DNA of 32,000 bases from Acaryochloris marina S15 (GCF_018336915.1 NZ_CP064923.1:5010001-5042000), one strand, 5' to 3'; counted from the first letter of the stretch, positions 16,516 to 24,455 are shown. A program made the numbers and translations. Notes: generated by a model not told the origin, from the sequence alone.

Positions 16516-17925
16516 ATGCGTTTGTTTCTGCCCCTCAAAGTACAGCTTCATCTTTTAGTCTTACCCCTCTTTTTATCGGTGCTGAGTAGCTGTGCTGAAC
16601 GCGAAACGCAGACTCAAACGTCCGCTCCACCTTCACAATCCACGACCGAAAAAACGAAACCTGCCCTATCGAATCAGGACGCAGCCAGTTGGTCAGTCAT
16701 CCTGACCGATCCAGAAGCTCCGCCTCAAACGTCTTCTCCTGCACCTCTTGGCGCACCGGATGCACCTCCTCAGACTCCGGCATCCCCGAAGCCTAGGGGC
16801 GCAGATAAGCCTCCAAAACCGAATCCCAAAAATCAGGCAACCCCTAAACCCAAGGCTCCAAAGCAGAAAGTTGCGTTTTCTCGCACTCCCTATGCGGTTA
16901 TTGATGAGGCCAAAAAGGATCAATTCAATGTCACAGGGGAGCAAATTTTTAGCAACAGCTATCTCCCCAACCATCAGGTTGATTTCAACGAAGCCGATTT
17001 ATTAGCGGTCCTGATCAATGTCAAAACTTACTTTGAATCCCATAGTCAAAATGACTCAACGGCATTGCGGGAAGGGATTTTAGGAACGGGTGGCGTCACG
17101 ATTCAGGATATCCAAGACACTTTGGCCTTTATGATCACTACCCTGGAACAAGATATTGCCCTCCAGCGCCCGTCTCGCTTAAAAGATCCTAATTTCATCA
17201 ACACCCATTTCCAGGTGGTGAAATGGCAACCCTATAACCCGCAACAACCCGACCAAAATCAGTTGCGAATTACCAAGTATGCCGTTTTTGCCCATCAAGG
17301 CTCGCGAACGAAAACCGCAGAATTTAATACTCCTCTTTACCAACTCAAACCAGAGTATGCGGTGGATAAATTCTTCCAAAACTATTCGAAGCAGGAAGTT
17401 CTCACAGGTATCTATGAAACTGGAGGCAAGGAACAAGGGAAAGTCGCTCCTCTGGCATACCTGACTCGGCAAGGGTTGGAAGATGCTTTATTACAGGGCA
17501 CGATTTTGATCCGGTTTGGTGATGGCTCTTCAGCCTACTTCAATGTGGATCGAAACAATGGGATTGCCTATGTGCGCGGACAGCCCCAACGAGAGCAAAA
17601 ACGCTACTGGTACTTCAAACAAGTGGATGCCATTAAGGGATATGGCCCCAAGACTGCCAAAATCGCGGTGCGTCCCGGTGTAACGTTTGCCGGAGATGTC
17701 CTTAATATTGGCCTAGGCAAAATCATCATGCTAGAGCATGATACCGGGGGAACAAAGCAGCTCAATATGGGGGTTCTTGCGGATACGGGTGGGGCATTTT
17801 TGCCTAATTTATATCAGCTTGATTTTCTAGCGGGGGTCTTTCCCAGCCATGATCAGTTCAAGCAGCATATCAGCACCCTACCGGCCTATGCGAATGCTTA
17901 CATCTTGATCAAGAAGAAGAGTTAG
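16516..17925 (+). CDS. MltA-like lytic murein transglycosylase lipoprotein (MltA plus 3D domains) with a basic Pro/Lys-rich linker
   Basis: Lipobox LSVLSSC. The MltA-like blocks HQGSRTKTAEFNTPLYQLKP, LAYLTRQGLEDALLQGTILIRFGDGS and the 3D-domain end LADTGGAF...QLDFLAGVF resemble E. coli MltA (AQDTGSAIKG..RVDYFWG) as I recall it. Confidence 0.7.
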   Translation: MRLFLPLKVQLHLLVLPLFLSVLSSCAERETQTQTSAPPSQSTTEKTKPALSNQDAASWSVILTDPEAPPQTSSPAPLGAPDAPPQTPASPKPRGADKPPKPNPKNQATPKPKAPKQKVAFSRTPYAVIDEAKKDQFNVTGEQIFSNSYLPNHQVDFNEADLLAVLINVKTYFESHSQNDSTALREGILGTGGVTIQDIQDTLAFMITTLEQDIALQRPSRLKDPNFINTHFQVVKWQPYNPQQPDQNQLRITKYAVFAHQGSRTKTAEFNTPLYQLKPEYAVDKFFQNYSKQEVLTGIYETGGKEQGKVAPLAYLTRQGLEDALLQGTILIRFGDGSSAYFNVDRNNGIAYVRGQPQREQKRYWYFKQVDAIKGYGPKTAKIAVRPGVTFAGDVLNIGLGKIIMLEHDTGGTKQLNMGVLADTGGAFLPNLYQLDFLAGVFPSHDQFKQHISTLPAYANAYILIKKKS

Positions 17926-17929
17926 CCTG

Positions 17930-20131
17930 CTAGTTTTTCTCAGTCGCACCTAATGCTTGCAGCTTTTTTTGCACCTTGTTGTAATCCTCTGTTTGGTCTT
18001 GAGCCAGATAGAGGGATGCTGCTTTCTGATAATCGGCGATCGCACCTTTAATATCCTTAAGCTCAACCTTGGCCAGACCTCGATTGTCATAGAGAAGGCC
18101 CACTCGGGGAGCCAGTTGAATACCCTGGTTGTAGTCTGAGATCGCACCCATGTATTCTTTGAGTCTGTACTTCGACCAGCCCCGATTATTGTAGGCCTCT
18201 GCATAATTGGGATCAAACCCCAGGGCGGCTGTGAAATCGAAGATGGCACCTTGATAATCTTGCAGATCATCTTTCGCATTGCCGCGATTGTAATGGGCTT
18301 GGACATACTTTGGATTAAGACGGATGGCTTCGGTATAGTCTAGAATCGCGCCTTTGTAGTCTTGTTTTAGATCGGCCTTGGCGGCACCTCGGCTGTTATA
18401 AGCACTTGCATACTCAGGATTGATTGCAAGGGCTTGATTAAAGTCACGAACCGCACTGCCATAATTTCCGAGACGATACTTGGCCACGCCACGGTTATCG
18501 TAGGCTCTCACATATTTAGGCTTGAGCTTTAGAGCTTGATCGTAATCTGCGATCGCACCTTCGTAATCGGCTTGATTCGATTTTGTCCAACCCCGGTCAT
18601 GATAGGCTACTTCGTCCTTGGGATTGAGCTTTAAGGCCTGATCGTAATCTGCGATCGCACCGTCATAATCTTTCAGATCGTCTTTGGTATAGCCTCGATT
18701 GTAGTAACCCGCTGCATCTTTGGGGTTGAGACGAATGGCTTCGCTAAAGTCTGCGATCGCACCGTCATAATCTTGCTGTTTGTATTTGGCCCAGCCTCGA
18801 TCGTTGACTATTTTCTCTTCCTTGGGTGCTACGTTGTATACCTTCTGATCTTTGGGCGCTAGGCGAAGCGCTTCGGTATAGTCTGCAACTGCACCCTGGT
18901 AATCTTCCAGCTCAGCTTTAGCTAAACCTCGGTTGTGATAAGTCTCCGAATTGCTACCGTCTTCTTGGGTATAGTCGCCCCTATCTTTATGGGTATAGAC
19001 TTCTGAATTATTTGGATTGAGGCGAAGGCTCTCTGTATAGTCTGAGATCGCCCCACTAAAGTCTTGTTGAGTCTTTTTGACATTCCCCCGGCGAAAGTAC
19101 GCCAGGGATAGCTTCGGATCTAAACGGATCGCTTGATCAAAATCTGCAATGGCACCAGAGTAGTCTTCTAAACCAGCCTTAGCCAATCCTCTGTTGTTAT
19201 AGGCGACCGCATCATGAGATTTCAGTTGAATGGCCTGAGTTAAATCTGCGATGGCCCCCGGAAAGTCTTTTTGGATAGACTTTACATATCCTCGGTTGCC
19301 ATAGGCATCACCATACTTGGGATCGAGTTGAATCGCTTTGGTATTGTCCGCAATTGCGTCCCCGTAATCTTTCAACAAAGCTTTGCTTCTGGCTCGGTTG
19401 TAGTAAGCAAGAGCATTTTGGGGATTCAAGCGAATCATTTCAGTGAAGTCGGGAATCGCTTTCTGATATTGTTTGAGTTTATTCAGCGTATAGCCACGGA
19501 GATTGTAAGCGTCTGCATAGTTAGGATTGAGCTTAATCGCTTCCGTAAGATCTTCGATGGCTCCCTTGTAGTCTCTCAAATCATCCTTGGCATAGCCACG
19601 ACTGTAGTAGTTTTCAGCTTCTTTTGGATTAAGTTGAATCGCCTGGGTAAAGTCTGAGATCGCACCCTGAAAATCCTTTTGCCTGTATCTAGCCCATCCT
19701 CGGTTGTAGTAGGCCCACTCAAATTTTGGGTCGAGTTGGATAGCTTGATTAAAATCTGCGATCGCATCTCCGTATTGCTGTAATTCAGACTTTGCCCAAC
19801 CACGACTGTTATAGGCTTTTGTATCTTTAGGGGTGAGCAGAATCGTTTGGGAGTAATCTGCAATCGCCCCCTTATACTTCTTTAACTCAACCTTGGCCTT
19901 ACCGCGCCGATAGTAAGCCTGGGCATGTTTGGGATCTAGGCGAATCGCTTGTGTGTAGTTTGCGATCGCCTTTTTGTATTCTTTTTTCTTCTGCTTCGCT
20001 TCCCCCTGCTGGAAATAGACGTCCGCATTCTGACTCTGAGCAATCGTAGTAGGCACGGTCTGGGCCGATACAGGCTCAACAGCAGGTGTTGCAACCAATA
20101 TCCCCAAACTTAAAAGCAGAGAATTATTCAT
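17930..20131 (-). CDS. Secreted TPR-repeat protein (about 20 tandem 34-aa TPR units)
   Basis: Signal peptide MNNSLLLSLGILVATPAVEPVSAQ, then units of the form AxAYxNRGxAKxxLxDYxGAIADYxxAIxLNPK. The track start is TTG 20146; I use the ATG at 20131. Confidence 0.85.
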   Translation of the reverse strand: MNNSLLLSLGILVATPAVEPVSAQTVPTTIAQSQNADVYFQQGEAKQKKKEYKKAIANYTQAIRLDPKHAQAYYRRGKAKVELKKYKGAIADYSQTILLTPKDTKAYNSRGWAKSELQQYGDAIADFNQAIQLDPKFEWAYYNRGWARYRQKDFQGAISDFTQAIQLNPKEAENYYSRGYAKDDLRDYKGAIEDLTEAIKLNPNYADAYNLRGYTLNKLKQYQKAIPDFTEMIRLNPQNALAYYNRARSKALLKDYGDAIADNTKAIQLDPKYGDAYGNRGYVKSIQKDFPGAIADLTQAIQLKSHDAVAYNNRGLAKAGLEDYSGAIADFDQAIRLDPKLSLAYFRRGNVKKTQQDFSGAISDYTESLRLNPNNSEVYTHKDRGDYTQEDGSNSETYHNRGLAKAELEDYQGAVADYTEALRLAPKDQKVYNVAPKEEKIVNDRGWAKYKQQDYDGAIADFSEAIRLNPKDAAGYYNRGYTKDDLKDYDGAIADYDQALKLNPKDEVAYHDRGWTKSNQADYEGAIADYDQALKLKPKYVRAYDNRGVAKYRLGNYGSAVRDFNQALAINPEYASAYNSRGAAKADLKQDYKGAILDYTEAIRLNPKYVQAHYNRGNAKDDLQDYQGAIFDFTAALGFDPNYAEAYNNRGWSKYRLKEYMGAISDYNQGIQLAPRVGLLYDNRGLAKVELKDIKGAIADYQKAASLYLAQDQTEDYNKVQKKLQALGATEKN

Positions 20132-20353
20132 AGACCCCCAAACCAAAAATTTTTTATTTTATCGATGAATATATCTTAAACTCTTTCCCAGCTTCGCATC
20201 CCCGTACAGTTCGCATACTAAGAAATCACCGTCAGACATTTCGCTCTAAAAAGTGATGGTGTTCTATCGAAAGTTTTCCCCACATTGCCAAACATACTCA
20301 CTGAACAGCAGTGAGAATTCAGCACATTCTTCGAGAAATATACAGTTCCATCT

Positions 20354-20423
20354 AAAAAAGGAGGAGGCTTACAGCCCATATTCCATATACAATCCGAGGA
20401 TAAAATATGGGCTGTAAGTCCCC
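20354..20423 (-). terminator. Putative intrinsic terminator of the clpR-clpP3 operon
   Basis: A perfect 14-bp inverted repeat, cttacagcccatat (20368-20381) / atatgggctgtaag (20405-20418), extends by 4 more pairs on the minus-strand RNA. UCCUUUUUU follows (A-run 20354-20359 on the plus strand). It lies 72 bp or more downstream of the clpP stop. Confidence 0.5.
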
Positions 20424-20494
20424 ATAAACCAAAGCTGGCAGCCCCAATACGAGAGACTACCAGACTTAATAAATAGGTTGTAAAAGCAAGACTG

Positions 20495-21091
20495 TTAGGC
20501 AGGCTTTTCTTCAATCACTTGGTCAATGAGACCATATTCCAAAGCCTCATGGGCAGACATGAAGAAATCCCGATCCATGTCTTTTTCAATTTTTTCTAGG
20601 GGTTGTTTCGTTCTCGCGGAGTAGATGCCATTCAACTGCTGACGCACGCGAATGATTTCCTTAGCTTCAATTTCAATATCAGAAGCCTGACCACGAGCAC
20701 CACCAGAGGGCTGGTGAATCATGATGCGGGAGTGGGGAAGCGCTAAACGCTTACCTGGAGAACCCGCAGCAAGTAGAAATGATCCCATTGAGGCCGCTAA
20801 GCCCACACAGATCGTCGCAACTTCTGACTTAATGTGCTGCATGGTGTCATAGATGGCCAATCCCGCTGTCACTGAGCCACCCGGTGAGTTGATATAGATG
20901 GAGATCGGCTTACTAGGATCTTCAGAATCCAAGTAAAGGAGAAAAGCCACAATTTGATTGGCTAGACCATCGGTTACTTCCTGGCCTAGAAAAATGATTC
21001 TTTCCTGGCTCAGGCGGGTATAAATATCCACCCAACGTTCATAGGGACTGCCAGGGATACGGTAGGGAACGCTAGGAACACCAATAGGCAT
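20495..21091 (-). CDS. clpP: ATP-dependent Clp protease proteolytic subunit (ClpP3-type)
   Basis: [36 protein letters not shown]. The catalytic triad contexts are intact: GLAASMGSF (Ser), IMIHQP (His) and DRDFFMSA (Asp). Confidence 0.95.
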   Translation of the reverse strand: MPIGVPSVPYRIPGSPYERWVDIYTRLSQERIIFLGQEVTDGLANQIVAFLLYLDSEDPSKPISIYINSPGGSVTAGLAIYDTMQHIKSEVATICVGLAASMGSFLLAAGSPGKRLALPHSRIMIHQPSGGARGQASDIEIEAKEIIRVRQQLNGIYSARTKQPLEKIEKDMDRDFFMSAHEALEYGLIDQVIEEKPA

Positions 21092-21135
21092 AGTCGATAA
21101 CTCTCTTTTTGCTACTACTCAGGTTGACTCATTTT

Positions 21136-21828
21136 TTAAACTGCAGAGGGCATTGGCGTGGGTAATTCTTTTTGGCTAGCCAACACGCGATCAATCAACC
21201 CATAGTCTTTAGCTTCTTCTGGGGACAGATAAAACATCCGGTCCATATCTTTGGAAATCTTTTCGGACGTTTGCCCGGTATTTTTCTCCAGGATGTCTAA
21301 CATCGTGGTTTTATTGGCAATGACTTCCTGGGCTCGAATTTGGATGTCAGAGGCTTGCCCTTGAGCACCACTGCGGGCTTGGTTGAGAACAATAGTGGCA
21401 TGTCCCAAACTCGCTCGGAACCCCTTCGTCCCCGCTGACAAGATCATTGCCGCAGTTCCCATCGCTTGACCAATACAGATGGTATGCACAGGAGGTTTGA
21501 TATATGACATGGTATCGCAAATGGCAAAGGCTTCCGTTTCAAAGCCAATGGCATCGCCGCCATACCAAGAGGTACCTGTGGAGTTGATGTAAAAGAAAAT
21601 AGGTTTATCAGGATCGTCGAATTGCAAGAACAACAGTTGAGCAATAATCAACTCTGTGACATCAAAGCCAACCTGGCGTTTGATATCATCTGAGGAAAAT
21701 AGGGGCATCCCTAAATAAACAATTCGCTCTTTTAGCAATAGAGACTGTAAATCAGGGGGCGGGGTGCGGTAATAGGCATCGCCGCCGCCACCATAAGGGG
21801 CTTGAACTGCTTGAATCCTTGACTCCAT
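21136..21828 (-). CDS. clpR: ClpR, catalytically inactive ClpP paralogue
   Basis: ClpP fold, but all three triad positions are substituted when aligned to the downstream ClpP: GQAMGTAAM (Ser to Gly), IVLNQA (His to Asn) and DRMFYLSP (Asp to Met). The track ORF (to 21960) starts at a non-ATG codon and runs into the IS inverted repeat; I prefer the ATG at 21828 (MESRIQAVQAPYGGGGD). Confidence 0.9.
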   Translation of the reverse strand: MESRIQAVQAPYGGGGDAYYRTPPPDLQSLLLKERIVYLGMPLFSSDDIKRQVGFDVTELIIAQLLFLQFDDPDKPIFFYINSTGTSWYGGDAIGFETEAFAICDTMSYIKPPVHTICIGQAMGTAAMILSAGTKGFRASLGHATIVLNQARSGAQGQASDIQIRAQEVIANKTTMLDILEKNTGQTSEKISKDMDRMFYLSPEEAKDYGLIDRVLASQKELPTPMPSAV

Positions 21829-22011
21829 TGCCTGACAATTACCTAAAGGTGACAATACTGTTACACTGTAGCAATTTTCTGGCGTTTGAATGGGGGGAAA
21901 TACCGTACTCCCAGATTGCTGCTGGATGGCTCTAGTAACGATGAAAGGGTCGTGCCTCAAGTAATTGTGGGTTGAGTATACTAGAGGCTCAGCTCAGCTT
22001 CTAACCTACCC

Positions 22012-22389
22012 ATGCAATGCCCACTATGCGGTCATTCCAAAGCACACAAGCATGGCAAGATGCCCAACATGCTTCAACGATACCGTTGTCCTGAGTGCCA
22101 GCAGACCTTTACTGAACGCTTTGATACCCTTTACTATCGTCGTCAGGTGAGTCCAGAGCAGGTCCGACAAGTCCTCCAAGCCCATGCAGAAGGGAGTAGT
22201 CTTCGAGGTATCACTCGGACCAGTGGCCTAGCTTACAACACTGTAGTCTCTCTAGTAAGAGCTGCTAGCCAACGATCTCAGCAACTCCATAATGGCCAAG
22301 TGCAAGCCGTTGAAACGGAGGATGTCAGTGCAGATGAAATGTGGTCCTTTGTGAAAAAAAGCAAAAACACTGTCTTCCCCATGAGCTAG
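22012..22389 (+). CDS. insA: IS1-family transposase ORF A (InsA-like: zinc finger plus HTH)
   Basis: MQCPLCGHSKAHKHGKMPNMLQRYRCPECQQTF (CxxC...CxxC), followed by an HTH-like segment LRGITRTSGLAYNTVVSLVR. Confidence 0.85.
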   Translation: MQCPLCGHSKAHKHGKMPNMLQRYRCPECQQTFTERFDTLYYRRQVSPEQVRQVLQAHAEGSSLRGITRTSGLAYNTVVSLVRAASQRSQQLHNGQVQAVETEDVSADEMWSFVKKSKNTVFPMS

Positions 22390-22841
22390 AGATGGGTGAT
22401 TGTTGGATGGCGATTACCTTGGCAAACACAAGCGGCGTGATCCTCTCGTGTCGTGTGGGCAAGCACACCGATTCATTATTGAATGAACTGGTGACTAGCA
22501 CTGAAGGTAAGACCGATTGCAAGGACTGGAATAGCGACGATTGGGGGGGGTACGAAAGAGTGTTGCCTTGGGAGATTGACCATTACATTGGCAAGGACAG
22601 AACTCAACGACTCGAACGCACCAATGGCATTATTCGACAGCACAGTGGTCGATGGCATCGACGCCAGAACAAATTTGGCAAAGTGTGGGCGCAAACCAAA
22701 GTCACTGCTCGATTAGTGGTCAGCTATTTCAATTGGATTTGGACACACAGTCGGCTTAAAACAACGGCGGCACAACGTGCTGATCTAGCCTCGCGAGCTT
22801 GGCATTGGGATGACATACTCACCTACCCCACAATTGTTTGA
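22354..22841 (+). CDS. insB: IS1-family transposase catalytic part (InsB frame), expected to be made as an InsAB' fusion by -1 frameshifting
   Basis: The A7 run at 22354-22360 followed by G lies in the ORF A frame as AAA AAA AGC. The -1 frame continues KKKQKHCLPHELEMGDCWMAITL... and contains DDE-type blocks (DEMWSFV upstream, NSDDWGGY, LERTNGIIRQHSGRWHRR). Confidence 0.75.
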
Positions 22842-22856
22842 TGCACGACCGCTGAA

Positions 22857-22900
22857 AGCGCAATAGATTATTTTGAAGCATCGTAATACAATCTATTTCG
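22857..22900. promoter_or_regulatory. Inverted repeat GCGCAATAGATT-N20-AATCTATTTCGC (11/12)
   Basis: gcgcaatagatt (22857-22868) and aatctatttcgc (22889-22900). The same AATCTATT core recurs at 23061-23068, overlapping a second inverted repeat (agcataata 23044-23052 / tattatgct 23066-23074) about 50 bp upstream of the methyltransferase ATG. Confidence 0.3.
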
Positions 22901-23124
22901 CAAAAACTGAATAAAGAACGGCATTGAGACATTGCAGATCTTACAGAGTGCTTAGAAACATTGATATATCAGTATTTCAGCACCCCTTCTTTCTTGAATA
23001 TCCTTGCATTTACAAAAGACGTTTGAACACTCAGGTTTTTTGTAGCATAATACTACAGAATAATCTATTATGCTTCCAGTGACGATTGTCGCTCCCCACA
23101 TCGTTTCCGTTTAATGAGTGCATC

Positions 23125-23754
23125 ATGTCTAATCAATGGACCTCGGCAGAACATGCTCTAGGGTATCTAGCTAGGGCAGATCAGTTCCCGCACCGTACAG
23201 AAGGAGAAGCAGTCTTGTTGGAACATGTTCCGCAGTCTGCCCAGCGAATCCTGGACTTAGGAACGGGAGATGGCCGCTTGTTAGCACTCCTAAAAATTGA
23301 CCGTTCTGATGTGAACGGTGTGGCGATGGATTTTTCTCCAACCATGCTAGAGGCAGTTCGGCAGCGATTTGCGGATGATGCCAAGGTTACGATTGTTGAC
23401 CACAACATGGAGCAGCCCTTACCTCACTTGGAACACTTTGATGGAATTGTCTCTAGTTTTGCAATTCATCATCTGGCAGATGCACGCAAGCGTAATCTCT
23501 ATCAGGAAGTATTTGAGTTACTGAAGCCTGGAGGCATTTTCTGCAACTTAGAGCATGTTGCATCCCCCACGGCCAAACTACATGAGCAGTTTTTGCAAGC
23601 GCTTGACATCGCCCTAGAAGACGATGATCCTTCTAATCAGCTTTTAGATATAGAAACACAACTCAGCTGGTTGAGAGAAATCGGCTTTGAAGATGTGGAC
23701 TGTTATTGGAAGTGGCTAGAGATGGCCCTACTCATTGGAGTGAAACCGCTATGA
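23125..23754 (+). CDS. Class I SAM-dependent methyltransferase
   Basis: Motif I RILDLGTGDGRLL, post-I AMDFSPTML, and motif II/III region FDGIVSSFAIHHL...LLKPGGIFCNLEHV. The track start is TTG 23086; I prefer the ATG at 23125 (MSNQWTSAEHALGYL). Confidence 0.8.
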   Translation: MSNQWTSAEHALGYLARADQFPHRTEGEAVLLEHVPQSAQRILDLGTGDGRLLALLKIDRSDVNGVAMDFSPTMLEAVRQRFADDAKVTIVDHNMEQPLPHLEHFDGIVSSFAIHHLADARKRNLYQEVFELLKPGGIFCNLEHVASPTAKLHEQFLQALDIALEDDDPSNQLLDIETQLSWLREIGFEDVDCYWKWLEMALLIGVKPL

Positions 23755-24455
23755 AACAGCCGATTCAACGGGTGAGTTCTGGGGCTCCGTGGGAAGCCCA
23801 GGTAGGCTACTGTCGGGCCATTCGAGTGGGTGATCAGATCCATATTTCAGGGACAGCCCCTGTGGATGCTCAAGGACAGGTAGTTTCTGCCGATGGTTAT
23901 ACGCAAGCGCATCGCTGTCTAGAGATTATCCAGGCCGCCCTACAAGAGTTGGGAACAGATACCCATGCCGTTGTGCGAACTCGGATGTTTGTCACCGATA
24001 TTACGCAATGGCAAAAATTCTCCCAGGCTCACCAGGAATTCTTTGGGGCCAACCCACCTGTAACCACGATGGTGCAGGTCAGTGCTTTGATTGATCCAGC
24101 CATGCTGATTGAAATTGAAGCAGATGCAGTGTTTCTAGAAGATAGCGCTCATCCAGGAATACTAAAAGCTCATGACTGTCGGGACATGACTGATATTCGC
24201 GTTGCAATTGACCACCTTGATGCCCAAGTCATTGAGTTACTCGGTCAGCGATTTGACTACGTTAAAGCAGCAGCAAAATTCAAAACAGATGCCCAAAGCG
24301 TCAAAGCCCCTGAACGGCTCAAGAGAATGTTAGAGCAGCGACGGCAATGGGCTGAAACAGCTGGTTTAGAGCCTGACATCATCGAACAACTTTATCGAGA
24401 CTTAGTGCAATATTTCATTAACGCTGAACTCGATCATTGGCGTTCCTCCCAATAG
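23751..24455 (+). CDS. Two-domain fusion: YjgF/RidA-family domain plus AroQ-class (PchB-like) chorismate mutase / isochorismate-pyruvate lyase domain
   Basis: N-terminal domain: WEAQVGYCRAIRVGDQIHISGTAP...HAVVRTRMFVTDI...MLIEIEADAVF (RidA fold pattern). C-terminal domain: MTDIRVAIDHLDAQVIELLGQRFDYVKAAAKFKTDAQSVKAPERLKRMLEQRRQWAETAGLEPDIIEQLYRDLVQYFINAELDHW (CM_2 pattern). The ATG at 23751 overlaps the methyltransferase stop as ATGA, and GGAG lies 10 nt upstream. Confidence 0.7.
   Translation: MKQPIQRVSSGAPWEAQVGYCRAIRVGDQIHISGTAPVDAQGQVVSADGYTQAHRCLEIIQAALQELGTDTHAVVRTRMFVTDITQWQKFSQAHQEFFGANPPVTTMVQVSALIDPAMLIEIEADAVFLEDSAHPGILKAHDCRDMTDIRVAIDHLDAQVIELLGQRFDYVKAAAKFKTDAQSVKAPERLKRMLEQRRQWAETAGLEPDIIEQLYRDLVQYFINAELDHWRSSQ

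Larger units (their letters stand above)
21948..22849 (+). mobile_element. IS1-family insertion sequence, 902 bp, apparently intact
   Basis: Terminal inverted repeats GGTCGTGCCTCAAGTAATTGTGGG (21948-21971) and the reverse complement of 22826-22849, GGTCGTGCATCAAACAATTGTGGG (21/24 match). Flanking 8-bp direct repeat GATGAAAG (21940-21947) / GCTGAAAG (22850-22857). Two transposase ORFs in frames 0 and -1 overlap at an A7G run. Confidence 0.85.

Noticed and set aside
18549-18760. Regularly spaced identical palindrome-containing 13-mers (ctgcgatcgcacc every 102 bp) that could be mistaken for a CRISPR-like array
   Set aside because: The period equals one 34-aa TPR unit, the 'spacers' are themselves homologous TPR codons, and the whole region is one uninterrupted ORF. 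No cas genes are present.
20218-20514. A 98-aa minus-strand ORF immediately after, and overlapping, the clpP3 stop
   Set aside because: It has a TTG start inside clpP3, reads straight through the terminator hairpin and U-tract, and has no recognisable family. It is more parsimoniously non-coding 3' region.
21829-21960. N-terminal 44-codon extension of clpR in the supplied ORF (start at 21960)
   Set aside because: The extension begins inside the IS1 left inverted repeat and uses a non-ATG codon. The ClpR homology starts at MESRIQAVQAPYGGGG (ATG 21828).
21965-22150. A 61-aa plus-strand ORF at the left end of the IS
   Set aside because: It overlaps the InsA-like ORF in another frame and starts within the inverted repeat. 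The InsA frame has the zinc-finger signature.
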